64,000 bases of DNA. Origin: a bacterium. Its GTDB lineage: Bacteria; Electryoneota; Electryoneia; Electryoneales; Electryoneaceae. This document shows positions 20,862 through 31,868 of the stretch, piece after piece. The stretch lies in NCBI GenBank assembly GCA_963669175.1, contig OY769902.1, positions 256,001-320,000 on the forward strand. The letters are read 5' to 3'. The notes beneath the pieces were generated by a model. It did no database searches and was not told the origin of the DNA. It worked only from the letters and a program-made list of their open reading frames with translations. A program made the translations under genes and the position numbers. Numbering within the stretch: the stretch's first letter is position 1; each line of letters starts with the position of its first letter.

Positions 20862-21443
20862 TTACTTTTCCACATCCCCCACAGGCTTGAAGCACAAGGA
20901 ATTGAACAGGGCTTGAAATGCAGGATTTTCCAGATCAGCCACCGTCTGGTCAGTTGCGGTTACGCTGAAGTAACCATCCCCGGAATCAATGAAGACACAA
21001 CGGTGGGGGTTCAAATCCGAATCCTTATTCTCGGAAAAAATCATGACACTCATGAAGGAGATCTCTTCCGGGTTCAGACGCTCCGGTTGCCAACGTGTCA
21101 ATTGCGCATCAGGGTACCGTCCCAGCGTATTCATCATATCAACTTTGAAGAAATTTTCCAGGGTTGCCAAACCGGCGTTATCCGCATCCTTCAGTTGAAA
21201 TGCGATTGTAATGACACGTTTTGCAGTTTCAATCGTACACCCATCCTGCACCAGTACATCCCAAAGGCCATACTTCTTACTCGCCGCCTCATCCGAATGC
21301 CAACCTTCGGGAATCGTGTATTGAATCGGGTTGGAACTGACCTGATTCTTCTGATAGCCATCCCCCATCACCACCTGGTTGTCTTCCGCAACGGCAAAAC
21401 ATGATAGCATCATCAACATGGCAACCAACAGTACTTTTCTCAT
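20862..21443 (-). CDS. Hypothetical exported protein (possibly PsbP/DcrB-like fold)
   Basis: Signal peptide MRKVLLVAMLMMLSCFAVA, YTIPEGW motif, C-terminal 'F..LFNSL.F'. The fold guess is weak. Confidence 0.6.
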   Translation of the reverse strand: MRKVLLVAMLMMLSCFAVAEDNQVVMGDGYQKNQVSSNPIQYTIPEGWHSDEAASKKYGLWDVLVQDGCTIETAKRVITIAFQLKDADNAGLATLENFFKVDMMNTLGRYPDAQLTRWQPERLNPEEISFMSVMIFSENKDSDLNPHRCVFIDSGDGYFSVTATDQTVADLENPAFQALFNSLCFKPVGDVEK

Positions 21444-21690
21444 CCCCCCCCCCTTTTTTATCCTCGTATAAGCCCGTGATACTTCAATAATAAGGTAGAC
21501 AAAAGCATCAATCGTAACAACAATGGAACATGATGTCGCACGCTGAGCCTCATGGTTTCTGCTCATCATTGCTGTTTTATTGTCTCCTTTCGCCCTGTAG
21601 ACATGTAACCAGAATTGGATTTCTCCTTTCTAAGGGTTAGGTTATCCAAACATCAAAGCCAACATCATTGCATTTAACACAGGATTTGTC

Positions 21691-22422
21691 ATGACTACGC
21701 AGAAAGCATTGCCAGCAACACCCGTGTACTATGCGCGACTTACAGGTATGTTTTACTTGTTGATTATTATCCTGGCGGGATTCAGTACAGGGTATGTTCG
21801 TGCCAGTTTGATCATACCTGGCGATCCGGCCGCTACAGCGAGTAGCCTTTTGGGTTCCGTTTTCCTGTTTCGCGTAGGTTTTGCCGCAGATTTAATGGCG
21901 TTTATGTTCGATTTGGCGGTATCAGTACTGTTATACGTGTTACTGAAACCTGTCAACAAAACGCTTGCCCTGACTGCCGCCGCTTTCCGTGCTATCGCGC
22001 ACCCGGCCATCGCCAGCTTGAACCTGTTAAATCATTTCGCTGCTATCCAACTTCTGGATGGGAACAGTTTCTTAGGCTCTTTTTCTACTGAACAGCTTCA
22101 TGCTCTGGTGTCGTTCTTCTTGAATCTGCACACAACCGGATACCTGGTTGCCGGTGTGCCGTTTGGTGTACACCTGATCTTACTGGGAATCCTGATTGTC
22201 AAAGCGGATTATCTCCCGTCAATCATGGGTCTTGTACTGGCTGTTGCTGGAGGTGGGTACCTTGTGGAAAGCTTCGGCAATTTCCTGTGGCCCGGTCATG
22301 AGGGTATGTTGATCTGGTTTGTAGCCATTCCAGCCGGAATCGGTGAATTGGCTATCGCGCTCTGGTTGTTGATAAAGGGTGTGAACCTGGAAAAGTGGAA
22401 CAGGCAAGTTGCAGGTGTATGA
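21691..22422 (+). CDS. DUF4386-family membrane protein
   Basis: ARLTGMFYL, LYVLLKPVNK, GELAIALWLLIKGV; multiple TM helices. Confidence 0.8.
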   Translation: MTTQKALPATPVYYARLTGMFYLLIIILAGFSTGYVRASLIIPGDPAATASSLLGSVFLFRVGFAADLMAFMFDLAVSVLLYVLLKPVNKTLALTAAAFRAIAHPAIASLNLLNHFAAIQLLDGNSFLGSFSTEQLHALVSFFLNLHTTGYLVAGVPFGVHLILLGILIVKADYLPSIMGLVLAVAGGGYLVESFGNFLWPGHEGMLIWFVAIPAGIGELAIALWLLIKGVNLEKWNRQVAGV

Positions 22423-22443
22423 TTCTCCTGGTTTCCAAAAGTG

Positions 22444-22474
22444 AAAAGGGCTGACCTTTTCGGGTCAGCCCTTT
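22444..22474. terminator. Bidirectional terminator
   Basis: AAAAGGGCTGACC-ttttcg-GGTCAGCCCTTT between convergent genes. Confidence 0.8.
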
Positions 22475-22497
22475 GGAAATCGAAGCAAAACCTGCTG

Positions 22498-23643
22498 TTA
22501 CTGCCCCAGGAAATAGGAAAGCAGCACACCGGCGGCAGTCGCGGAACCGATAACACCGGCCACGTTCGGGCCCATGGCGTGCATCAGCAGGTAGTTGTCG
22601 GGGTCGTACTGACGTCCCACTTGCTGCGCCACACGAGCGCTGTCCGGCACAGCGCTGACGCCTGCTGCACCGATCAACGGGTTGATCTTGGCATCCTTCT
22701 TGAGGAACAGGTTCATCAACTTCGCACCGAGGATACCGCACGCTGTCGCAACCGCAAAACTCGCAGCGCCGAGAATGAAAATGTAGATCGATTGCGGTGT
22801 CAGGAAGTATTGCGCCTGCGTGGAAGCTCCAACGGAAAAACCAAGCAGGATAGTAATGATGTCGATCAGGGCGTTACCGGCGGTTTTTGCCAGACGATCC
22901 GTAACCCCACTCTCCTTCAGCAGGTTGCCGAAGAACAGCATTCCCAGCAGCGGTAACGCCGGCGGGGCGATGAAACAAGTCGCCAGCAAACCGATCAACG
23001 GGAAAATCACTTTTTCCGATTTCGGTACCGCGCGGGATGGTCGCATCCGGATACGGCGTTCTTTATCCGTGGTCAGCAGCTTCATGATTGGCGGCTGAAT
23101 CACAGGCACCAGCGCCATATACGAATACGCGGCGATGGCGATAGCTCCCATCAGGTGCGGAGCCAACTTGGACGAAATGAAGATGGCTGTCGGGCCGTCA
23201 GCGCCACCGATAATCCCAATAGCGCCAGCTTCTGTTGGCACAAATCCGAGTGCCAGCGCTCCTATCAGCGTGAGGAAAATCCCCATCTGGGCCGCGGCGC
23301 CAAGGAGCATCAACTTGGGATTGGACAGCAAAGCCGAGAAATCGGTCATCGCCCCAATGCCAAGGAAAATCAAAGGTGGGTAAATCCCCTTTACCACGCC
23401 AAAATACAGGTAATTCATGACCGAGCCTTTTTCATAGATACCAAGTTGCAAGTTGGCATCCAGGGCAAAAGGAATATTTCCGGCCAGAATTCCGAACCCG
23501 ATCGGGATGAGCAACAAAGGCTCATAGTCCTTTTTCACCGCAAGGTAGATGAAAAACAACCCTACGGCGATCATGATCAGGTTTTTCCAAACCCCGGGCT
23601 GTACGAAGCCCGTATAACTGATAAACTCTAAAAACAGGTCCAT
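22498..23643 (-). CDS. mmdB: Na+-translocating decarboxylase beta subunit (OadB/MmdB)
   Basis: EPLLLIPIGFG, GIGAMTDF, IGIIGGADGPTAI, HAMGPNVAGVIGSA. Confidence 0.93.
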   Translation of the reverse strand: MDLFLEFISYTGFVQPGVWKNLIMIAVGLFFIYLAVKKDYEPLLLIPIGFGILAGNIPFALDANLQLGIYEKGSVMNYLYFGVVKGIYPPLIFLGIGAMTDFSALLSNPKLMLLGAAAQMGIFLTLIGALALGFVPTEAGAIGIIGGADGPTAIFISSKLAPHLMGAIAIAAYSYMALVPVIQPPIMKLLTTDKERRIRMRPSRAVPKSEKVIFPLIGLLATCFIAPPALPLLGMLFFGNLLKESGVTDRLAKTAGNALIDIITILLGFSVGASTQAQYFLTPQSIYIFILGAASFAVATACGILGAKLMNLFLKKDAKINPLIGAAGVSAVPDSARVAQQVGRQYDPDNYLLMHAMGPNVAGVIGSATAAGVLLSYFLGQ

Positions 23644-23747
23644 GTCTTTTCACCTGGTTGCTACAATGTCGACCATTGTGCACGACTCCATGGGAGAGGG
23701 CACATCTTTTGACCCTGTTCGTGATACGAGCAGGAGGTCACCTGACC

Positions 23748-24185
23748 CTACCCAATCTTGATCAGGTCCTGGCCTTCCAGTACGGAGTCGCCTTCTTTAA
23801 CCAGGATCTGCTGCACGGTACCGGGTGTCGGAGCAGTGATCGCGTTCTGCATCTTCATGGCTTCCATGAGAATCACGGTATCACCGGCTTTGACCTCATC
23901 CCCTTCCTTCACAGATACCTTTATGATCTGACCCGGTAAGGGAGCCTTGACACACCCGACCGACCGTACTTCACTCGGGCTGGATGTCATCTTGGTGCCT
24001 TCTCCGTGGACGGCTTTAGGACGTTCCAACTTGGGAGTAGGCCGTGCCTTCAGGGTGCGTTTCTTAGGTTCCAGGTAAGCCTTGTAATCCTGACCGTTCA
24101 CATTGATCACGATTTCTTCTTCTTCACGGCGGACTACTTTGGCTTCGTACTCATGGCCGTAAATTTTGAACCTGTATGTCTTCAT
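23748..24185 (-). CDS. mmdC: Biotin carboxyl carrier subunit of Na+-translocating decarboxylase
   Basis: EAMKM biotinylation motif, VKAPLPG; start ATG 24185 after GGAG. Confidence 0.88.
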   Translation of the reverse strand: MKTYRFKIYGHEYEAKVVRREEEEIVINVNGQDYKAYLEPKKRTLKARPTPKLERPKAVHGEGTKMTSSPSEVRSVGCVKAPLPGQIIKVSVKEGDEVKAGDTVILMEAMKMQNAITAPTPGTVQQILVKEGDSVLEGQDLIKIG

Positions 24186-24226
24186 CTTTATCTCCACCCG
24201 TCACATGACGGTTCTTTCTTGTACAC

Positions 24227-24757
24227 CTACACCCGTTGCCCTTCAATCGGATCAACGGTTCTGATGATGGTCTGAGTCTGCGGTTGACGCTTCGCAAACT
24301 GTGAATCAACCAGGTGTCTCATCCACCAGTTGCTGTAGGGCTTCGGCAATGCCTGCAGCGTCAGAACCATCGACTCTTCATCGTGTATCGATTCCTCTTC
24401 CAGAATGATCGATAATGCGACGGCTGCAATCACAACGCCCGGAATTCCTTCTTCACCTTCCTTGCTCTCCTCTTCCGAAGCGCCATGCCGCGTCATCCAA
24501 CGTGAATGCCGGACTGTCTGGAACCATTTCAGAGCCTTCATCAGGAAAACAAGTATCACCAATGCACTGAAAACCACAACCACACCAACGACCATCAAAA
24601 GCAAACCATTGCCTTCAACAACGGCATCCCAGCCATAAACCCGATCGGCATGATCCGGCGCCGTGGCATGTTGCGCATGAGCCAACCCTGTGAGCAGGAA
24701 AGACAGGATGCCTGCCCAAAACCAGGGTTTGCCATGTTGTCGTACTTCTCTATCCAT
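24227..24757 (-). CDS. OadG/MmdD-family anchor subunit
   Basis: GVVVVFSALVIL TM helix and VIAAVAL motif; position between the alpha and biotin-carrier genes. Confidence 0.8.
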   Translation of the reverse strand: MDREVRQHGKPWFWAGILSFLLTGLAHAQHATAPDHADRVYGWDAVVEGNGLLLMVVGVVVVFSALVILVFLMKALKWFQTVRHSRWMTRHGASEEESKEGEEGIPGVVIAAVALSIILEEESIHDEESMVLTLQALPKPYSNWWMRHLVDSQFAKRQPQTQTIIRTVDPIEGQRV

Positions 24758-24826
24758 ACCGTCTCCTTTCGCCAGCCGCTCTCCGCTACCATGCAGAGTC
24801 TCACCTGGCGAATAGTCGGGTGTTTG

Positions 24827-26386
24827 TTACAACGGAATGCAACCGTGTTTTTTCGGCGGATTGAACTCACGCTTGCCGGCCAGGGAAGCCAGACCGCGAA
24901 TAATGCGGAAACGTGTGTTACGCGGTTCGATCACATCGTCAACATATCCCATACGCGCTGCATTGTACGGGTTCGCGTACTTCCTGATGTACTCCGCTTC
25001 CTTCTCCGCAATAAACTTGGCGCGCTCCTCGCCTTCAAGATCATTTAACTCTTTACCGTATAGCACCTCAACGGCTCCGGACGGTCCCATGACGGCAATT
25101 TCGGCTGTCGGCCAGGCGTAGTTCAGATCACCACGCAGATGCTTGGAACTCATGACGTCATACGCGCCACCGTAAGCCTTGCGGGTAATGATGGTGATCT
25201 TCGGAACCGTAGCTTCGGCATAAGCATACAGAATCTTGGCGCCATTCATGATAATGCCTTCATACTCCTGCTGGGTGCCAGGCATGAAACCGGGTACATC
25301 GACAAACGTGATCACAGGAATATTGAACGCATCGAGGAAACGAATAAACGCCGCCCCCTTCCGGCTGCACTTGTTATCAAGCACACCGGCAAGCTGCGAA
25401 GGCTGGTTGGCAATGATACCGACCGATTGACCGTTGAACCGTGCAAACCCGGTAATGATGTTCGGCGCCCAGCGACGGCGCACTTCCATGAAATCACCAT
25501 GGTCTACGACAGTCCGGATGACATCCTTCATGTCATAAGGCATGTTGGCATCATCCGGGATGATGTAATTCAAGTCGTCCTCGAGACGGTCAATCGGATC
25601 GTCACAGGATACAATCGGTGTCTCTTCCGTGTTGTTGTTCGGAAGGAATGTGACCAGCTTGCGAATCAGGTCAAAGACATCATCTTCCGAATCCGCGACA
25701 AAATGCGCCACACCACTCTTGGTCGCATGAATGTCAGGCCCACCCAACTGGTCCGGGGTGACATCTTCATGGGTAACCGTCTTGACCACTTTCGGCCCGG
25801 TTACGAACATGTAACTGATATCACGGACCATGATGTTGAAGTCCGTGAGCGCCGGGCTGTAAACCGCGCCACCGGCACACGGGCCAAGAATCGCGGAAAT
25901 CTGCGGCACTACACCGGATGCCATCACGTTACGCAGGAAAATGTCGGCATACCCCGCCAAACTGAGAACACCTTCCTGGATTCTGGCGCCTCCGGAATCG
26001 TTCAACCCAATGATAGGAACCCCTATCCGGGTCGCGTATTCCATGACCTTCACGATTTTCCTGGCAAACATCTCACCAAGTGAACCGCCCCGGACTGTGA
26101 AGTCCTGGGAGAAAACAACCACCTGCCGCCCGTAAATCGTGCCATGCCCCGTTACAACACCGTCGGATAAAATCTGTTCTTCTGTCAACAGACTGTCATC
26201 ATTACGGTGCGATACAAACATGTCGAATTCTTCAAAAGAACCCGGATCAACCAACCGCTCGATCCGTTCCCGTGCAGTGTACTTACCTTTTTTGTGCTGT
26301 GCCTCGATGCGCTTTTCACCGCCACCGAGACGCGCCTTTTCACGGAGCTCTTTCAGCTCCAGCAGTTTGCGCTCAATTTCTCGCAT
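24827..26386 (-). CDS. mmdA: Acyl-CoA carboxyltransferase (methylmalonyl-CoA decarboxylase alpha-like)
   Basis: [46 protein letters not shown]. Start ATG 26386. Substrate specificity is inferred. Confidence 0.9.
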   Translation of the reverse strand: MREIERKLLELKELREKARLGGGEKRIEAQHKKGKYTARERIERLVDPGSFEEFDMFVSHRNDDSLLTEEQILSDGVVTGHGTIYGRQVVVFSQDFTVRGGSLGEMFARKIVKVMEYATRIGVPIIGLNDSGGARIQEGVLSLAGYADIFLRNVMASGVVPQISAILGPCAGGAVYSPALTDFNIMVRDISYMFVTGPKVVKTVTHEDVTPDQLGGPDIHATKSGVAHFVADSEDDVFDLIRKLVTFLPNNNTEETPIVSCDDPIDRLEDDLNYIIPDDANMPYDMKDVIRTVVDHGDFMEVRRRWAPNIITGFARFNGQSVGIIANQPSQLAGVLDNKCSRKGAAFIRFLDAFNIPVITFVDVPGFMPGTQQEYEGIIMNGAKILYAYAEATVPKITIITRKAYGGAYDVMSSKHLRGDLNYAWPTAEIAVMGPSGAVEVLYGKELNDLEGEERAKFIAEKEAEYIRKYANPYNAARMGYVDDVIEPRNTRFRIIRGLASLAGKREFNPPKKHGCIPL

Positions 26387-26439
26387 AATGTGCACCTGTG
26401 TCTGGTACTTGAAACAACCCAACTCACAATAAAGCTGTG

Positions 26440-26468
26440 GGTTTATCCACTCAATCAAACCATGTCAA
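26440..26468 (-). promoter_or_regulatory. Putative sigma70 promoter of the decarboxylase operon
   Basis: TTGACA-17 nt-TAAACC on the minus strand about 55 nt upstream of the mmdA start. Confidence 0.4.
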
Positions 26469-26815
26469 GTTACCCCTGTCATTTCTGGTTGGCAATTCCT
26501 CGAGGGTTTTTTTTACAACAGTTAAAGACTCCTATCAATAAAATTCAACTATCTTATCTCGGAAGTATACATAAAGTTGCACACGTTTGTATAGTGGACT
26601 ACAGAGTATACTATAATAGATTTTTAATTCTTGCCGAGAATATCGACTCTCTCTTTTGTTCTTTTTTTCACAAACTAGGTTGAGCAGAACTATTACACTC
26701 GGAAAATACCAGCAACGAGAAGAAAAGAAGTAAGGCGGTTGTCTGGGGATTTTGGTCGGGTGGTTTCACAAGGGTTAGCCCGATTGATAGTAAGCTGGAT
26801 TTCTGATTTTGATCC

Positions 26816-27648
26816 CGCTTTCCGGCCAGGCATGGCAAGGCTACAGGTGGCTTGCACGAAAAGGGGACGGGATCCTTTTCCCCACGTCCTGTGCCGGACA
26901 CTCCCGCTGACCTTGCGGAAAAGGAAACTGTACCCTTTTCGCAGTGATAAAACCTGATCGCATTGGACAGAAAAGAGCGTTACACTTTGTCACAGGCAAA
27001 AGGGTACAGTCACCTTTTCGATTACCTGAATCACGAAGTATCTCACCTCCGCGCAACGAAAAGGAAACAGTCCCCTTTTGCTGCAGATGTGTAGCTTGGC
27101 CCCACCGCTTGAAGCGTGTGTCCGGTATTGGCCCCGCCGGCTTGAAGCGAGCCGTAGCGAAGCGAAGGCTGCTGTCCGGCGGGGTCTATTTTAATTTATT
27201 CAAGAAGTTAGTCCGCTTGTTTGTGTCGTTTCCCGATCCACTCCTGGCTTCCTCACCTATTCCAACATGAACAGAGTATTCATGAATCAGGCATAGCGGA
27301 AACAATCTCATCTGCGACTCGGGCCACACGACCACACGACAGCTTTTCCCGGCCAGGCATGGCCGGGCTACAGGTGGCTTGCACGAAAAGGGGACGGGAT
27401 CCTTTTCCCCACGTCCTGTGCCGGACACTCCAGCTGACCTTGCGGAAAAGGAAACAGTCCCCTTTTGCTGCAAGTTGGTCTCGTCCAGATGCGCTCCTGA
27501 ATTCAGCTTGTAGTGTGGTCTTCGTTGCGGATTCCGGGTTCAGATAGAATGGAAACATTGTCACTTGCGGATCTGGCCACCCGACCTTTTTTACGTTTTT
27601 TACATTCTTTACTTTTTTCACCTATTTCACTGCCCACTTTTTTCACTT
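26816..27648. repeat. Composite repeat block L (AAAAGG..CCTTTT palindromes, GCGAAGCG hairpin, 9-bp tandem tail)
   Basis: Near-identical segments recur at about 30690-31868 in the same orientation. Confidence 0.85.
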
Positions 27649-29919
27649 CAGAAGCAATACCTTCCTGACTTGTGACCAGTGGCCGCTTTGGGCGCGAACG
27701 AAATAGGTTCCGGAAGGCGCGTTGGCTTCCCAACCGATCCGATGCCAGCCGGGAGTCAGCTCCCCACGGTGCAATCTTGTTACCTGTCGTCCCAGCACAT
27801 CGAACACGTCAACATCCACAAGCCCACGTTCCGGCACACTCACAATCACCGCCATGCGCGCATTGAACGGGTTCGGGTACGGAGCGCTGAGATCCCACGT
27901 TTCCGGCAATCCTTCCTTCGCGGTTTCCGATACTCCGGTCAGGAAAAAGTCAAACATCTGACTGGAGAAACGTCGATGCCCGAAAATATCCTCAGCCACC
28001 ACACGCCAGCGATAGGTCTCTTCCCATTCAAACTGGGATTCATCCACGGTGAAGAAAGTATCCATCCCGACAGGGTAGGTAATGGGATCATCAAACTGGG
28101 CTATGGGCGCCAGTTCCAGCGTATAACTGACCGTATCCCCGATGGTAAAATCCAGGGCACGGCTCCAGGTAAACGTAACCGGCGTCTCAAGGATCAACTC
28201 ATCCTCTTGCGGCGATAGCAGGTTAAAGATACGTGGGGGCAAGCCTTCACTGGTGACACGAAGTTCACGGACTTCACTGGTATCCATCAGCCAGACATCA
28301 TCGTAGGCGATCACGCGCCAGTAATAGGTGTTCTCGTAGTCAAACCAGCTCACAATACGGCTTGGCTGGGGAATGAAATAGTATTGATCCGGGTCTGTGA
28401 ATGCCTCATCAAGCGACAATTCGAGGATGTAATGAATGGTATCATCCGGATTGGGGTCTGTGGCTTCTTCCCATGTGAAGCGTATCGGAAGGGTGTCATT
28501 AATTGCGCCATCATTCGGATGATTCAATGCCAGTCCAACAGGATTTCGAAAATTCGTAAAGGGAGTTGAAGAGAAAGGGATAACATCAAGAAGTGTACTG
28601 ACCGTGTCACCCTGACCATTGGGGTTCTGCTCTTCCTGGTAGGGACCGGAAGGATGGCCCCAGTAGTTGTTTGTTACATTCATCACGGTTTCCAGAGTAT
28701 CCTCAATATAGAAACCTGCTGCTCTAGGACGATTACTGTAAATATCATTATGATAAGCCATAAGTTGGGAACATCCTCGTGCATCTATAGCGCCAAAATA
28801 TTGATACTCTGGTTCTTCTTCTTCCCTTAGGTTACCTATTATCAGATTATTATATGATTCTACGTGTGGTTCATAATGATTTACTGGAATGACAAGATAT
28901 GCCCCAGCATTTCTTGCAACGTTACCTACTAGTATGTTGTCATGAATTTGCAAATTAGCAGATAGAATAGCAGCACCACCATCACCATATGCATAATTAT
29001 TAAATAATCTATTCTCGGATATTTCGCAAAACACAATGCTATCAATTATTTCTAAGCCTCCTCCAAAACCTGTATTAATCTCTTCACCTTGATCTGCAAG
29101 GTTAAATGCAATATAATTACTTTTTATCCATACAGAATCCATTCCTGATGCTAATATACCTCCTCCGTGAGTAGATCGATTATTTATTATTACATTATCT
29201 TCTATCTTTGCTTTCTGACTATCCCATCCAATATTGATTGCCCCACCAAAAATCAAACCTCTGTTATTTTTGAACACATTTTCACTGACAACACTTGTTG
29301 AATTTGACCCCGATATTCCACCAGCGATCCAACCCGATGTATTTTGAGTAAAGACACAATTCTTGATTTCATTATGGCCATATGAATGATGCATCGCCCC
29401 CCCACTGTAGCCTGCCATATTCTGTAAGAATTGACATTTATTCACTATAACAGCGCTACTGTCTGTATCAATAGCGCCACCGTATTCCGCATAATTATTT
29501 GTAAAAATACAGTTCTCCAGCAATAGCTCTGATTGATTTGCACGAATCGCCCCGCCAAACTCCTGTTCGTCTGCCAAGTAACCATTTCCAAAGAGTATAC
29601 CTTCTATACTTACCCGAATATCGGGGCCAACAATATCCAGAATGCGCGAATTCGCTAAGGCAATCAGTTGGGTCTCGTGAATCTCCGAGCTGTCATGTGT
29701 GAATACATAAGTACCGAAGAGGCTGAGATCATGATCAACGATTAAACTCTCATTGTATTCACCCGGGTATACCAATACGGTATCGCCTACTTGTGAAGAA
29801 TTAAAAGCATCTGCAATAGTATTATACTCACCGGGCACACGTAATATGGCAGCATTACCACATACGACAACTATTAAAACTAAAACTACCATTATGGATA
29901 AAATACATGCTTCCTTCAT
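27643..29919 (-). CDS. Secreted right-handed beta-helix (GGAI/FxxN repeat) protein with Fn3-like stalk and CTD sorting domain
   Basis: Signal peptide, VPGEYNTI..A....GDTVLVYPGEY, repeated FxxN/GGAI, NNYWGHPSGP, two 'TFTW...YxLEL...YxWRV' modules, PYPNPFN...SGTYFVR...KVLLLK. Start ATG 29919. Confidence 0.85.
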   Translation of the reverse strand: MKEACILSIMVVLVLIVVVCGNAAILRVPGEYNTIADAFNSSQVGDTVLVYPGEYNESLIVDHDLSLFGTYVFTHDSSEIHETQLIALANSRILDIVGPDIRVSIEGILFGNGYLADEQEFGGAIRANQSELLLENCIFTNNYAEYGGAIDTDSSAVIVNKCQFLQNMAGYSGGAMHHSYGHNEIKNCVFTQNTSGWIAGGISGSNSTSVVSENVFKNNRGLIFGGAINIGWDSQKAKIEDNVIINNRSTHGGGILASGMDSVWIKSNYIAFNLADQGEEINTGFGGGLEIIDSIVFCEISENRLFNNYAYGDGGAAILSANLQIHDNILVGNVARNAGAYLVIPVNHYEPHVESYNNLIIGNLREEEEPEYQYFGAIDARGCSQLMAYHNDIYSNRPRAAGFYIEDTLETVMNVTNNYWGHPSGPYQEEQNPNGQGDTVSTLLDVIPFSSTPFTNFRNPVGLALNHPNDGAINDTLPIRFTWEEATDPNPDDTIHYILELSLDEAFTDPDQYYFIPQPSRIVSWFDYENTYYWRVIAYDDVWLMDTSEVRELRVTSEGLPPRIFNLLSPQEDELILETPVTFTWSRALDFTIGDTVSYTLELAPIAQFDDPITYPVGMDTFFTVDESQFEWEETYRWRVVAEDIFGHRRFSSQMFDFFLTGVSETAKEGLPETWDLSAPYPNPFNARMAVIVSVPERGLVDVDVFDVLGRQVTRLHRGELTPGWHRIGWEANAPSGTYFVRAQSGHWSQVRKVLLLK

Positions 29920-30019
29920 AACAGGAACTCCTGTATAAATGAAAGAATGTGTTATCAAGTGAAGACTGACAACACATTCTTCTTTATCTACCTATAAATA
30001 AAGAATTTACCTGATCAGA

Positions 30020-30415
30020 TCAATCTGGATACACAACCGTCTTAAAAATACAGATACCATTGGATCCATCATCCACATGATGCGCTATTGTATTGTTATT
30101 GTCGCTCTGTGTATTCCATAGTAAATTTCCCCAATCCCGATACTCATATGTCGCTGTTCTAAGATAAATCCAACAATCATCAACTCCATTATGAGTAACC
30201 AAAACAGATGCGCTGATACTTCCGGTCAGGTTACGAGCATCCACATGGGATGTTGCCGGATCCCTTCCATCAGAAGCAGTACAAGTGTAATTGTAAGTCA
30301 CTGCATCTCCGGCAGTAAATTCATTATAATAAATAACTTCTGCAATGATATTTGTTACCATTGCCAAGGAAATAAGCAATACTAATGCAAGCAGTGGTTT
30401 CCTCATCCTTCTCAT
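30020..30415 (-). CDS. Small secreted hypothetical protein (low GC)
   Basis: RBS AAGGAGAG, signal peptide KPLLALVLLISLAMVTNIIA, beta-rich mature region with Cys residues. Confidence 0.72.
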   Translation of the reverse strand: MRRMRKPLLALVLLISLAMVTNIIAEVIYYNEFTAGDAVTYNYTCTASDGRDPATSHVDARNLTGSISASVLVTHNGVDDCWIYLRTATYEYRDWGNLLWNTQSDNNNTIAHHVDDGSNGICIFKTVVYPD

Positions 30416-30543
30416 GTCACTCTCCTTTATCCTTTATTGCATGCACCGTATCTCATTTTTTGAGATTGGAAGCGGCGCAAGCTTTCTATACAGTCCTTCA
30501 TCCTGAAATAGAAACAGGATGACATCGTTGTTTCATTATCAAA

Positions 30544-30573
30544 ATACTACCCCCCCCCCCCATGCAAAGTCAA
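30544..30573 (-). promoter_or_regulatory. Putative sigma70 promoter with a poly-G12 spacer
   Basis: Minus strand TTGACT-ttgcatGGGGGGGGGGGG-TAGTAT, spacer 18 nt. Confidence 0.55.
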
Positions 30574-30685
30574 GATCTCCGCACATATATTCGAAGAAAT
30601 GCTCAGGACTCTTCGAGTATCAGGTATCCTTTCCCTGCTCGATGTGTAGCTGTAGCGTTTTGAGGAAAGCCAAGTGTCGCACTGT

Positions 30686-31868
30686 TAGCCCCGCCGCTTG
30701 AAGTGTGTGTCCGTTATTGGCCCCGCCGGCTTGAAGCGAGCCGTAGCGAAGCGAAGGCGGCTGCCCGGCGGGGTCTATTCTAAATTCTATCAAGAAGTTA
30801 GTCCGCTTGTTTGTAGAATCCCGAGGCGCTCTTGTGCTGCGTCAAGCGTGGAAATGACTACGAATGTTGACGATTGTATCAGAGTGGAAGGAGCATCATC
30901 TGCGTCTCGGGCCACACGACAGCTTTTCCCGGCCAGGCATGGCCGGGCTACAGGTGGCTTGCACGAAAAGGGGACGGGATCCTTTTCCCCACGTCCTGTG
31001 CCGGACACTCCCGCTGACCTTGCGGAAAAGGAAACTGTACCCTTTTCGCAGTGATAAACCTGATCGCATGGGACAGAAAAGAGTGTTGTACTTCTTGACA
31101 GGCAAAAGGGTACAGTCACCTTTTCGATTACCTGAATCACGAAGTATCTCACCGCCGCGCAACGAAAAGGAAACAGTCCCCTTTTGCTGCAGATGTGTAG
31201 CTTGGCCCCGCCGGCTTGAAGCGAGCCGTAGCGAAGCGAAGGCGGCTGCCCGGCGGGGTCTATTTTAATTTATTCAAAAAGTTAGTCCGCTTATTTGCAG
31301 AATCCCGAGGCGCTCTTGTGCTGCGTCAAGCGTGGAAATGACTACGAATGTTGACGATTGTGCCAGAGGGGAAGGAGCATCATCTGCGTCTCGGGCCACA
31401 CGACCACACGACAGCTTTTCCCGGCCAGGCATGGCCGGGCTACAGGTGGCTTGCACGAAAAGGGGACGGGATCCTTTTCCCCACGTCCTGTGCCGGACAC
31501 TCCCGCTGACATTGCGGAAAAGGAAACTGTACCCTTTTCGCAGTGATAAACCTGATCGCATGGGACAGAAAAGAGTGTTGTACTTCTTCACAGGCAAAAG
31601 GGTACAGTCACCTTTTCGATTACCTGCATCACGAAGTATCTCACCTCCGCGCAACGAAAAGGAAACAGTCCCCTTTTGCTGCAAGTTGGTCTCGTCCAGA
31701 TGCGCTCCTGAATTCAGCTTGTAGTGTGGTCTTCGTTGCGGATTCCGGGTTCAGATAGAATGGAAACATTGTCACTTGCGGATCTGGCCACCCGACCTTC
31801 TTTACCTTCTTTACTTTTTTTACCTTCTTTACGTTTTTCACCTTTTTCACTGCTCACTTTTTTCACTT
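30686..31868. repeat. Composite repeat block R (~485-bp unit in tandem plus tail)
   Basis: Units starting at about 30719 and 31204 are nearly identical to each other and to block L; tail about 31666-31868 matches about 27449-27648. Confidence 0.88.

Noticed and set aside
26668-27733. Many short ORFs with KGTVPF/KKVKKV-like translations (also 11617-12700, 30519-31850, 35963-36154, 61228-62063)
   Set aside because: They lie in multicopy palindromic repeats with inconsistent frames between copies and no RBS; likely spurious.
30686-30815. Integron attC sites suggested by GTTAGCC/GTTAGTC and GCGAAGCG hairpins
   Set aside because: No paired RYYYAAC...GTTRRRY boxes in the orientation of the genes and no integron integrase in the window.
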